From NCBI RefSeq assembly GCF_006345805.1, contig NC_043010.1:14074001-14138000 (forward strand): a stretch of 64,000 nt of DNA, given 5' to 3'. Below the pieces are notes generated by a model. That model made no database searches and was not told the DNA's origin. It was given only the letters and a program-made list of their open reading frames with translations. Source of the stretch: Octopus sinensis (lineage: Eukaryota). The first letter of the stretch is position 1; each line of letters starts with the position of its first letter. Made by a program: the position numbers and the translations under genes. Below, piece by piece: positions 1 to 13,044 of the stretch.

Positions 1-179
1 CAGTTGAACTCTGGGGTAGAGGTAATCAACGTAGCCTTTCCCCAGTAGTTGCTGGTCTTGTACCTTAATTTTAAATTATTATTATTATTATTATTATTAT
101 TATTTGCATTCTCACCAGCTTCTTTCTTTTTTCTTTTTCTCTCACACTTTTTCTTCTTTATAGCATCTGTGCGCGCATC

Positions 180-440
180 ATGTCATCTGCAAACATACAC
201 ACCCATAATTATCCCACAGGAGATACCTGGGACAATGAATGCTTTGCTTCTAAGGGCCAGAGAAAGTACTCTGACAAGTACATGAACAGGACCAACAGGC
301 AGAAATCCCAAAACAATCGCCTCTCTCACACAGATGCCAAGATCATTGAGCAAGGGAAACAACGGTGGCAGGACAAATGCAATTCACTCGTAACATCCCG
401 CACGCAGAAGAAAAAAGAAACTAAACCTCAAACCGTTAAT
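180..440 (+). CDS. GPAM: GPAT coding exon 1 (exon starts 164; MSSANIH...KPQTVN)
   Basis: Long pyrimidine tract + TAG acceptor at 161-163, ATG at 180, donor AAT|GTGAGT at 441. 87 codons, phase 0, matching exon 2. Little recognisable homology, so assigned by splice logic. Confidence 0.7.
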
Positions 441-543
441 GTGAGTCCTAGCTAAATCCCACATCACCATGTTCTGTTTTGCTTTTTTTTTTTTTTTTAT
501 TTTATTTATTTGTTCATTCCTTTATTTATATATGTATTTAGTA

Positions 544-579
<36 letters not shown>

Positions 580-1386
580 AATTCTGCCCGAGGTCAACTT
601 TGCCTTTCATCCTTTTGGGGGGAGGGGGGTCAATAAATTAAGTACCAGTAAAAAATACTGGGCTCAGTGTAATCGACTAGTCCCCTCCCCCCGCAGCATG
701 CTGGGCAAAATGCTTAGCAGCTTCGCCTTTCATCCTTTTGGGGTCGATAAATTAAGTACCAGTAAAATACTGGGGTCAGTGTAATCGACTAGTCCCCTCC
801 CCCCGCAGCATGCTGGGCAAAATGCTTAGCAGCTTCGCCTTTCATCCTTTTGGGGTCGATAAATTAAGTACCAGTAAAATACTAGGGTCAGTGTAATCGA
901 CTAGTTCCCTCCCCCCGCAGCATGCTGGGCAAAATGCTTAGCAGCTTCGCCTTTCATCCTTTTGGGGTCGATAAATTAAGTACCAGTAAAATACTGGGGT
1001 CAGTGTAATCGACTAGTTCCCTCCCCCCGCAGCATGCTGGGCAAAATGCTTAGTACCTTCGCCTTTCATCCTTTTGGGGTCGATAAAATAAGCACCAGTT
1101 GGACACGAGGGTTGCCCTCAGTCAAAATCGTCCAACCCATGCTAGCATGGAAAGCAGACATTAAATGATGATGATGATGATGATTCATCCCCTCCCCCAA
1201 AATTGCTGCCCTTGTGGCAAAATTTTTGAAAGAATTATTGTTGTTATTATTCAAATTACACCGAGGTCGTCTTTGTCTTTCATCCTTTCGGGGTCAATGA
1301 ATTAAGTACCAGTGAAACACTGAGGTCGATGTAATTGACTAGTCCTCTCCCCTGAAATTTCAGGCCTTGTGCCTTTAGTAGAAAGG

Positions 1387-1421
<35 letters not shown>

Positions 1422-1949
1422 GGTGGCAAGCAACTTTGTCTTTCATTCTTTCAGAGTTGATAAAATAAGTACCGGTTAAACGCTGGGGGTAGATGTAATT
1501 GACTATCCCCCTCCCCCCCAAATTTCAGGCCTTGTGCCTATAATAGAAAGGATTATATTACATGCTCCTTAGGTGGCAAGCTGGCAGAAGCATTAGCATG
1601 CTGGGCGAAATGCTTAGTGGTATTTTGTCCGTCTTTATGTTCTGAGTTCAAATTCCACTAAGGTCGACTTTGCCTTTCACCCTTTCAGGGTTGATAAGTA
1701 CCAGTGAAACACTGGGGTCGATGTAATCAACTCATCCCCTCCCACAAAATGGCTGCTCTTGTGGCAAAATTTGAAACCATTATTATCCCCCTATTGGGAG
1801 TTTTAATTGTTACTTATTTTTCGTTGTCATCCTGCTTTTGTACACGGGACTTTTTCAAACAGACAAAACCCTTTGTATCTTTCGTCCTGTGTTTTGTCCC
1901 TTTATGTTTTAATTGATTTTTGTTAGCCCTTGTGGCCAATAAACGAACG

Positions 1950-1983
<34 letters not shown>

Positions 1984-3654
1984 GCTAGCAGAATCGTTAC
2001 CACACTGTGCAAAAAACTTAGCAGCATTTTGTCAGTCTTTACATTCTGAGTTCAAATTCTGCCAAGGTCGACTTTGCCTTTCGTCCTTTCAGAATCAATT
2101 AAATAAGTACCAGTATAGCAACGGGGTCGATGTAATCGACTGAACCCCCTCCCCCAAATTCCAGGCCTTGTGCCTTTAGTTGAAAGGATTATTATTATTA
2201 TTATTATTATTATGAGCTGGCAGAATTGTTAGCATTTTGGTCAAAAATTCTTAGCTGCATTTCTACTGGTTTTACAGCCTGAGTTCAAATATTAGCGAAT
2301 TTGACTTTACCTTTCATCCTTTTGTGGTCAATAAAATAAGTACTAGTTGAACAGTGGGGTTGATGAAATCGGCAACCCTTGTGCTTTTAATAGAAAGAAT
2401 TATTATTATGATTATTATCATCATCATCATTATCATCATTATTAAGGCAGCAAGCTGGCACAATCGTTAGCACACTGAACAAAATGCTTAGCAGAATTTT
2501 ATCTTCACATTCTGAGTTCAAATGCCGCTGAGGTCAACTTTCCCTTTCATCTTTTTGGGGTCAGTAAATTAAGTACCAGTAAAACACTGGGTTTCGATGC
2601 GGTCAACTAGTCGCATCCCTCAAAATTTCAGGCCTTGTGCCTGAAAGGATTATAATAATAATAATTATAATAATTATTATTATTCTTATTTCTTCCATCT
2701 TTACTTTCTAACTTCAGATTTCACTGAGGTCGACTTGGCCTTTCATCCTTTCAGAATTAATGAAATAAGTACCAGCCAAGCTTTGGGGTCAGTGTAATCG
2801 ACTAGCCCCCTCCTCCAAAATTTCAAACCTTGTGTCTCTAGTAGAAATAATTATTATCATCATTATAATTACTATTACATGCTATATTAGTTAGCAAAGA
2901 TGCTGCCTTGAGGTTTGGTGACAGCACATCTCTTCAGATCTCAAGAATCTTTCTCAAGTGCACCAATTACCACAGGAATAATTGTTCATCTTAATCTTGT
3001 AAAACCTCTTCATTTCTCTGGCTAGGTACAGTTGTTGCTGTTGTTGTTGTTGTTATTATCATTATTATTATTATTATTATTATCTTTTTGGGGTCGATAA
3101 ATTAAGTACCAGCCAAGCGCTGGGGGTCAATGTAATCGACTATCTCCCTCCCAACAAATTCCAGGCCTTGTGTCTATAATAGAAAGGATTATTATTACTA
3201 TTATTATTATTATTATTATTATTATGTTGAGCTAGCAGAATCATTAGTGCATTGGACTAAATGTTTAGTGGCATTTCTTTTGGTCTTACATTCTGAGTTC
3301 AAATTCCACTGAGGTAGACTCTTCCTTTCATCCCAGTACCAGTTGAGCATTGGGGTTCACGTTATCAACCAAATCCTTCCCGCGCAAAACTTCAGGCCTT
3401 GTGCCTATTCTGGAATGGATTATTATTATTATTATTATTAAAGGTGGCGAACTGGCAGAAGCGTTAGCACACTGGAAGAAATGCTTAGCGATATTTCACC
3501 CATTCCTATGTTCTGAGTTCATATTCTGCCAAAGTCGACTTTACCTTTCATCCTCTCGGGGTCAGTGAAATAAGTGCCAGTTGAGGACTGGGGTCAGTGT
3601 GATTGACTAGCCGTCTACCCCAAAATTTCAGGCCTTGTGCCTACAGCAGAAAGG

Positions 3655-3687
<33 letters not shown>

Positions 3688-6600
3688 AAGTTTGGTACTT
3701 ATTCTGTAGGTCTCTTTTGTCGAACCACTAAGTTACGAAGACATCAATAAACCAACACTGGTTGTCAAGTAGTTGTGGTAGGCAATCACTTTACATCCAG
3801 TAAAAGTGGTTGGTATTTGGAAGGGTATAAAGCCATTAAACTCCATTCCAAAACAGACCTCACTGGTGCTGGTGCCACATAAAAAGCACCCACTCTGTAA
3901 AGTGGTTAGCATTAGGAAGGGCATCCAGCTGTAAAAATCATGCCAAAAGAGACCCCGTGCTGGTGCTGGTACCACATGCAAAACACCCAGTCCACTCTGT
4001 AAAGTGGTTGGCATTAGGAAGGGCATCCAGCAAATGAACCACACCTCACCAGTGCTGGTACCATGTAAAAAGCATCCAGTTCACTCTGCAAAGGGGTTGG
4101 AGCTAGGAAGGGCATCCGGCCATAAAAACTATGCCAAACAAACTTTGCAGGGGCTGCTGTCATGTAAAAAGCATTCAGTTTACTCTGTAAAAGTGTTTGG
4201 CATAAGGAAGGGCATCCAGCTGTAAAAACCACGACAAAACAGACATTGGAGCTTGGTGCAGTCCTCTGGCTTGCTACCTCCTGTCAAACCATCCAACTCA
4301 TGCCAGCATTGAAGATGGACATTAAATGATGATGATGGTGTACACGGATTCCTCACAGTTTCTGTCTAGCAAACTCACTCACAAGGCATTGGTTGGCCTG
4401 AAGCTGTTGTAACTATTACCCAAGGTGCCACACAGTAGGATTGAACTTGAAAATCATGTGCTCGCAACCCACGCTTTAACCACACAGCCATGTCTGAAAG
4501 GGAAAATGACAAATTGGTCATAATTGGAATGTCTTTAATCATAACCTGAGATGGGGCAAAACATCACCACTGGAGACTACTTGATTCCAACTTAGAACCT
4601 TCAGTTTCTTTATTTGGAACAAAGGGAAACAGCAAAGAATATGAAGAAAATAAAGTTTTCTTTCAATATTTCACCTTTTATCAAGGTCTAATTTTATACT
4701 GGTGCCCCAGCATGACCACAGTCTGGAATTCTTTCTTTTTGTTTATTTAGTTAATTGTTTATTCTATTTCATTGTATATGTATTTGTTTCTTTTCTTTTG
4801 TAATATTTTTTCATTTCTAATCAGTAAAAGATTCAGTAGTTTTCATTTTTCTTTTCCTATGTTATACTTTTATTCATTTAATCAATTTTACTTGAGGCTC
4901 AATATAATGTCCTTTGAGAGGTTTCAACAGTTTTCCATCTTATCCTGTACATTTCTGGCACCTATTTGAAATAGAAAAGTACTTGAGCAAACAAGAGGGA
5001 CTCAGCACAGATGACCGGCCAAATTCCTCTCACAATGAAAGAGAAAATATATTGGACAGTTCCCCAGATAATGCAGTTCTATATTTAAGAGATGAGGAGT
5101 TATGTACATTATTTACATTTGACGGATATTTGTCCTCATCTTAACCACTACACCATATGCCCATGGGCATATGGCCTGAATAATAATAACATCGAAAAAT
5201 ACCTTAGGAATGAGAACCTAGGTTCGAAATTTCCTCAAAACACCTGATGAAGGCTGGAGGGTATATCAGCCGAAATGTTGTGTTAACAACAAACAAGACG
5301 AGGACAAATATCTGTCAAATTGTTAAATCGAGTGAGGTCGTTGCCAGTGCCGCCTGACTGGCCCCATGCCAGTGACACGTAAAAGCACCCTCTACACTCT
5401 CGGAGTGGTTGGTGTTAGGAAGGGCATCCAGCTGTAGAAACTCTGCCAGATCAAGATTGAAGCCTGGTGCAGCCATCTGGTTCACCAGCATTCAGTCAAA
5501 ATCGTCCAACCCATGCTAGCATGGAAAGCGGACGTTAAACGATGATGATGATGATGATGAATGTGGTTCCCCAGATATATGAAAAAATAGGATGACCATA
5601 ACTGGATTGTTTTTGATCAGTGATCCACAAATCTTGGAATGACCTTGGATTCAACAACAACAACAACAACACTAAATGTATACTGGGAACGTAATGAAAT
5701 TGGAAAAGCGGCAAGGTGTACAAGTAATCATATAATAGAATGAACATTGGTCTTATGGAACTGTCTTACCTATTTCCCAGATAAATATGGTCTTAATTCT
5801 TGTAAACCAGTTTTGTGTTGATTGATTCATGATTCTTAGAGCAGCTCCTCATAAGATTTTTTTCTTCCTTACTTTCCTTTCTTTTGTAACTGACAACATA
5901 TTAAAATGGTTTCTTGGAGCCTGTTTTATTGCTGATGTCTTACTGCCTTATTGAGAGTGACTAAAAATAGTAACCCATCTTACTATAGGCACAAGATCTG
6001 AAATTTGGGGAATGGGGCTAGTTGATTATATTGACCCCAGTGTTTCACTGGTACTTAATTTATGGACCCCTGTGTTTCACTGGTACTTAATTTATGGACC
6101 ACAGGCGGTGAGCTGGCAGAAACGTTAGCACGCTGGCGAAATGCTTAGCAGTATTTCGTCTGCCGTTACATTCTGAGTTCAAATTCCGCCGAGGTCGACT
6201 TTGCCTTTCATCCTTTCGGGGTCGATAAATTAAGTACCAGTTATGTACCGTTTTTCGATATAATCGACTTATTCCATCTGTCTGTCCTTGTTTGTCTCCT
6301 CTGTGTTTAGCCTCTTGTGGGTAGTAACGAAATAGGTACTTAATTTAAGGACCCCAAAAGGATGAAAGGTAAAGTCAACCTCTTCAGCATTTGAACTCAG
6401 AACATAAAGACAAATGAGATGCCACTAAGCATTTTGCCTGGCATGCTAACAATTCTGCCAACTCACCACCCTCTTAATAACAACAACAACAATACTTTTT
6501 ACAATAGGCACAAGGCCTAAAATTTTAGGGTCAGTCAATTACATCAGCTCCAGTACTCAACTAGTAACCTTTTTTTTTATTGTCCCCATAACTTGGCAGT

Positions 6601-8720
6601 TTGACAAAAGTGGCCAATAGAATAAATACCTGGCTTAACGAAAATAAAAAAGTACCAGGGTTGATTCATTCAACTAAAGATTCTTCACAGTGGTACCCCA
6701 GCATGACAAAAGCATGTAAAAGAACCCATGAGGATGAAAGGCAAAGTCCACCTCGGCAATATTTGAAAGTGTACATTAAGCAGCATAAATTCTATGCACT
6801 TTTTGCACATTTTCAACTTGGTTTGTTGAATTTCTCAATTTGCAATATAAATATGCTGCAATGATGCTTTATGGTTTACCTGTTGGGCGGGGTGGGGTTT
6901 TGGTGATGAGTTTATTTCTGTTGCTTGAATTTTTTTTTTTTTTCTGTTGTTGTTGGTACAGGTATGGCTGTGTGGTTAAGAAGCTTACTTTCCAACCATG
7001 TATTCTTAGGTTCAATCTCACTGCATGGCAACTCTGGTAAATCTACTATTATAGCCCCAGGCTAACCAAAGCCTTGTGAGTGGATTTGGTAGATGGAAAC
7101 TGATAGAAACCTGTTGTCTGTGTGTGTGTGTGTGTATATATATTTATACACACACATATATCAGTGACAACTCCAGCACTCAAACTGTTCAGGGTTAGCC
7201 CGAGTATAGATTTAGTAAAGTGAACGTGTGTTTGCAAGCTGATTTAATTTCTGCTAATACTGACTTCAAGTAACTCAGGCTCCTGTGAAATCGAAATCGA
7301 AATCGATCAAAAATCAATGGAAATTGCAGTTGTGATACCAGTGCGGGTGGCACATAAAAGAACCATCCGAACGTGGCTGTAACCCATGGCCTCTACCTGG
7401 GATGGTAGCCAGTCCACTTATGCATACCTTTCCTTCTTGGGACACAAAACTCTGCTTGTGAAGACCTGTTGAGGCAAGTGAAATCGATCAAAAATCAATG
7501 GAAATTGCAGTTGTCATACCAGTGCCGCTGGCATGTAAAAGACCCATCCAAACGTGGCCGTTGCCAGTGCCGCCTCAACTGGCTTCCGTGCCGGTGGCAT
7601 ATAAAAAACACCAACCGATCGTGGTCGTTGCCAGCCTTGCCTGGCACCCGTGCCGGTGTCACGTAAAAAGCACCCACTACACTCACGGAGTGGTTGGCGT
7701 TAGAAAGGGCATCCAGCCGTAGAAACACTGCCAGATCAGACTGGGCCTGATGCAGCCTTCTGGCTTCCCAGACCCCAGTCGAACTGTCCAACCCATGCTA
7801 GCATGGAAAGCGGGTGTTAAACAATGATGATGATGTTCATTTATTTTCATTCAGTGTCTGGTGGTCGTCTTAGGGGTGCCCTGTATCAAAAAAATATCAG
7901 ATGTTCTCTCGACATTGTTCACACACGCCTGACTCAGGCTCAGAAGTTACAGCCCGAGTTGTTATCTATAATTGTAAAAACTAAAAGTAATTCTAATTCA
8001 ATGTTTACTTGAAATTTTTCTTCCCTTTTTGTCTTCAAGGGTTCAGCATAATAATAGAAATCGGGGTCGGGACCCCCTTCGGTCACGACACTGACCATGG
8101 GATTGCACCTAGAAAGTTACCCTCCTAGTCACAAATCTGGGCAAGGTGGTTTATGGAAGACCAGCAGTCGCCCATGCATACCAACCTCCCCTCTCCACAC
8201 CACTAGTGTTATCCAAGGGAAAGGCAAAGGGGCCGATACAGCTTGGCACCCGTGACGTCGCAACTCATTTCTACAGCTGAGTGAACTGGAGCAATGTGAA
8301 ATAAAGTGTCTTGCTCAAGAACACAACACGCAGCCCGGTCCGGGATTCGAGCTCACAACCTCACGATCGTAAGCTCGGCACTCCAACCACTGAGCCATGC
8401 GCCTTCACTTAATAGAAGTAAAGGGTTGGAATTATCAGCATGTTGTCCTATGCTTAGTAATCCAGCATCACTCAACCACAGATGAGAAGCGACCAAGTTG
8501 TCTGATAAGAAGAAGCACATATATGTTTCCATGTTCAGGTCGATTTTGCCTTTCAGCCTTTCGGGGTCAATAAAAAGAGTACCATTTGATCACTGGGATT
8601 GATGTAATTGACTTAACCCCCTCCCCCTAAATTGTTGACCTTGTGCCAAAATTTGAAAGCAATATATAATATTTACATCATGTATGTTGCATGCATGCAC
8701 TCATACTCCTTGTGTTTCTC

Positions 8721-8753
<33 letters not shown>

Positions 8754-9598
8754 GTGAAAATTCACTCATGAAATATATATGTGCCAATAACATTATCATT
8801 TACCATCATCACTACCATTAGACAGATGTATTCTGATGCGATGCACTATAATGTAATTTTATGATTTCCTTTGCAGTTAAATGTTGACTTCTTAGCAAAC
8901 TTCAAGATAGCCCCTGTAGTAAAAGCTGACCAGCTTGTATCATACCGAACCTTTATGGGGTTTACTTGTCCTTGCTTCCCAGAAAGTCGGGTACGTATTC
9001 CTTTACCATATATTGTGGCAGTAGCATTCATACCTCTTTTATATATATATATGTATGTATAATAAATATTAGGGAATAAATCCAAATTTACAGGGAAAAA
9101 ATCAGATTTAGGATTAAATCCAATTTTATAGTAAAATATTATAAAATATTATTAGAGACAAAACCACTATTTTGCAAAACAAACAAGGAAAGACTTAATC
9201 AATACATAAAATTTTAATAAATAGTCAAAAAAACCGCCACTACAATCGTTTCTTGTCTTGATCGACAATCTTCAGGTGGACTTCCAATAATTCAGTGTCA
9301 CTGAATTATTGGAAGTCCACCTGAAGATTGTCGATCAAGACAAGAAACGATTGTAGTGGCGTTTTTTTTGACTATTTATTAAAATTTTATGTATTGATTA
9401 AGTCTTTCCTTGTTTGTTTTGCAAAATAGTGGTTTTGTCTCTAATAATATTTTATATGTATGTATATATATGTATATATGTGTGAGTATATATATGTGTA
9501 TGTATATATATATATGTATGTATATATATGTATATATGTGTGAGTATATATATGTGTATGTATATATATATATGTGTATAAATATGTACGTCTGTGTG

Positions 9599-9631
<33 letters not shown>

Positions 9632-12600
9632 CAAAGTGTTGGAATACTCCACAGCAGTGGTTCCCAAACTTTTTAGAGTCGCGACCCGCTATTTATCACA
9701 CCAGTTTATGACGACCCACTTATAAGTCTTGAACTATCTCGATAAACAGCAGTTAATCAAAGCTAATGCGTAATTTTATAACTTTTTGCAACCCACTAAG
9801 ATTCCGTTCGCGACCCATCTGTGGTTCGCGACTCATAGTTTGGGAACCACTGCTCCACAGCATATATATGCGTATTCATATACACAAGATATATTATAAA
9901 AATTTATAGATATATAAAAATACATAAATGTACTTGCGATGTATGAAATATATTGAGTGAATGAATGTGAACATTGACCTTTGAAATTTGTTCTCTCTTT
10001 CTTGGTTTTATATTCCTGAGGCTCTATCAGAGCGCTAATTAGTTATGCTGTGCATAAGGGGATAATTATCCCATTTATTTCTTCATTATATATATATGTA
10101 TATATATATATATACCCACACACACACATAGTTTACTGTTCTGTTAAGGTATGGCCAACAAAAAAAGTACTCCACCCATTAAGAGATAAATATCTTTTAA
10201 TGGAAAGTGTATAAAGATATGAGCTACTAATAGTTTCTTGCTTGGAGACATGGGCCTAGACAAGTTTTTATAACACAATAGTGTCTCCAAGCAATCTCCA
10301 AGCTTTGAGCACATAGTCTATTAAATTTGCAATAGCGATCATGTGCACAGAGCTCGAAGATTGCTTGGAGACTCAAGGTGTGTTATAAAAACCTGCCTAG
10401 ATTCACGTCTCCTAGCAAGGAACTATTAGTAGCTTGTATGTTTATAGTGTGTACATTAAATGATATATATATATATATACATCATCTCAAAAGAGTCCAG
10501 AAGCTGGCTACCCGCATAGTTCTTGGTCTCAAGCATTTGTCTTATGAAGAAAAGCTGAAGATGCTCGACCTTTATTCTCTCGCAAAACGACGATGCTGTG
10601 GTGATCTCATTCTTGCTCACAACATCATAAGCGGAAAGCATAACCTCTCGAAAGAGCTGTTCTTCACTCCTGCTCCAGAGCGTGGGCTGCGGGGTCACTC
10701 TGAAAAGCTCTATCTACAATGATTTCATCTCAATCGAAGGAGAGAGGCTGTCTCTGTCCGGGTTGCGGATCCATGGAATAAGCTGCCGGACGAGATAGTG
10801 AAGATGCCAACGACCGCTCGGTTCAAAGTCTCTCTTGACTGGAAATGGCCTGAACTCTTTGTATGACCATCCTCCCTGTACATAAAACTCCCTGTCCCCC
10901 TACATGGCCTTGCTTTTGCTTTTTGAGCCAATAGAAATTAAATTGAATTAAATAAATATATATATCCTGACCCAGGAAGGGACAATGTTACTGTTATTTT
11001 AGCCCCAAGAAATATTGTCCCTTCCAGGACAGCCACATTATGTTGCCAAATGGCCTTTACTTTAAAGAACTGTTACTGAATGTCTCTTTTTGAGAGATTT
11101 AGAAATAATATTTCTATATCCTGATATTTATAACTCTAAGACAATACATCTTATTTTTACCAGTATATTTGTTGGAAACTTTGGGAATCTACCATAGTAA
11201 CTTTAACCCTTTCGTTACCAACCCGGCTGGAACTGGCTCTGGCTCGGTAGTACAAATCTCTTGTTTTCATAAGTTTTGAATTAAAATCTTCTACCAAACC
11301 TTAGTCACAATTTATGTTCCTAACACTAGCTGAATGATAACTAAGTTATTTTATTAAACACTTTGTTATATTTAAAGTAATTGAAAGAAACACAGAGCAT
11401 CTCAAAATAAATACAGTAACGAAAGGGTTAATGCATATTATATACACACTTTATATACATAATGCACAATTTTATAGACTTAATAATACACAGCACACAT
11501 GAAATAAATATTCACTCTTATTTTTCCATTTTCCTCATAAACAAAAAATATCCTGTACATATGATACAGTCTTTAGTTAAATTGCATATATTTGTCCTGT
11601 AATTAAACGTAAAAATATTTCACAGAATTGCATTTATGTACATGTGTTAAGGGATAGGTGATATAAAAAAACCTAGTTCAGAGCATCTCAAAATAAATAC
11701 AGTAACGAAAGGGTTAAGAGCTGAGGAGAAAAGTTGTGGGTTAATTGTTCCATTAATTAACTGATTACTTATGCATACAAACCATTGTATAGTGGAGAAA
11801 CAGTTCTTGTAATAATTTGAAATGATCATACCATTGAATATATATGTAAAAACATAATGTTTGTCTTTTTGTCTGATTAATACATGTATGTGTGTGTATG
11901 CATAAGCACTTGATAAGAAGGTCGTGGGTTGGATTTTTCAACCGGGCAATGCATTGTGTCCTTGAGCAAGGCACTCCATTTCACATTGTTCTAGTCTTCT
12001 CATCTGAAGTGAATACTGGCTGAAATAAATACTAGCCAAGTGTTCGTTTCACATATGTATACTTGTAGATTCTGCTGGTGCCCATGGCAGAGCAGAGTGA
12101 GGGGTAACTTGATCAGAGTACCCCTGTATGAGAGGATATATGTCTGGTGAGGAGGCACAATGGAGGGCATTTAATTTTCCAGCAAAGTTTGATGAGTTCT
12201 TAGCTGCTTATCTTTTGTTACAACTAAAGAAAGGTGTGTGAGGGAGGGAGAGAAGAGAGAGAGAGAGAGAGAAAGGAATTGAGTTCTCTCAGTAACTTAG
12301 AATTTTCTGTCTTCTTTAGAAAAATATTACCTCAGAAAATAGTTTGATGAGTTCTTAGCTTTTGTTACAACTAAAGAAAGATGTGTGAGAGAGAGAGAGA
12401 AAGGAATTGAGTTCTCTCAGTAACTTTGAATTTTCTGTCTTCTTTAGAAAAATATTACCTCAGAAAATAGTTTGATGAGTTCTTAGCTTTTGTTACAACT
12501 AAAGAAAGATGTGTGAGAGAGAGAGAGAAAGGAATTGAGTTCTCTCAGTAACTTTGAATTTTCTGTCTTCTTTAGAAAAATATTACCTCAGAAAATATTT

Positions 12601-13008
12601 TACAAGACTCTCTGCAAAATGTCCTCAATATTCGATCTGAGCTGAGGTAAGTAGTTCCGTTTCCTTTACATTCTTGTTTTCCATTTGTGAAAAGGTAAGA
12701 TTGTTTTTATATTGACACCTGGGCAGCAGTGACATTAATTGTGTCCTGTGTAAACAAGATTTCTCGTACCTCAGCAATTTTGAAATGTCAAGCCTAGTAG
12801 AATGAAGTACCTTACTTTAAAAAAAAAAAAAGTTAGCAGGAGTGGCTGTGTGGTAAGTAGCTTGTTTACCAACCACATGGTTCCAGGTTCAGTCCCACTG
12901 CGTGACACCTTGGACAAGTGTCTTCTACTATAGCCTCGGGCTGACCAAAGCCTTGTGAGTGGATTTGGTAGATGGAAACTGAAAGAAGCCCGTCGTATAT
13001 ATGTATGT

Positions 13009-13044
<36 letters not shown>

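Larger units (their letters stand above)
9140..9456. repeat. 317-bp near-perfect palindrome (158-bp arms, 1-nt centre at 9298, one mismatch)
   Basis: Arms read base by base, e.g. CCACTACAATCGTTTCTTGTC... versus ...GACAAGAAACGATTGTAGTGG. Confidence 0.95.

Noticed and set aside
4914-5144. 76-aa ORF that looks protein-like, inside GPAT intron 1
   Set aside because: The only nearby acceptor gives an immediate stop in the phase-0 frame required between exons 1 and 2, and the 3' end runs into the inverted-end repeat.
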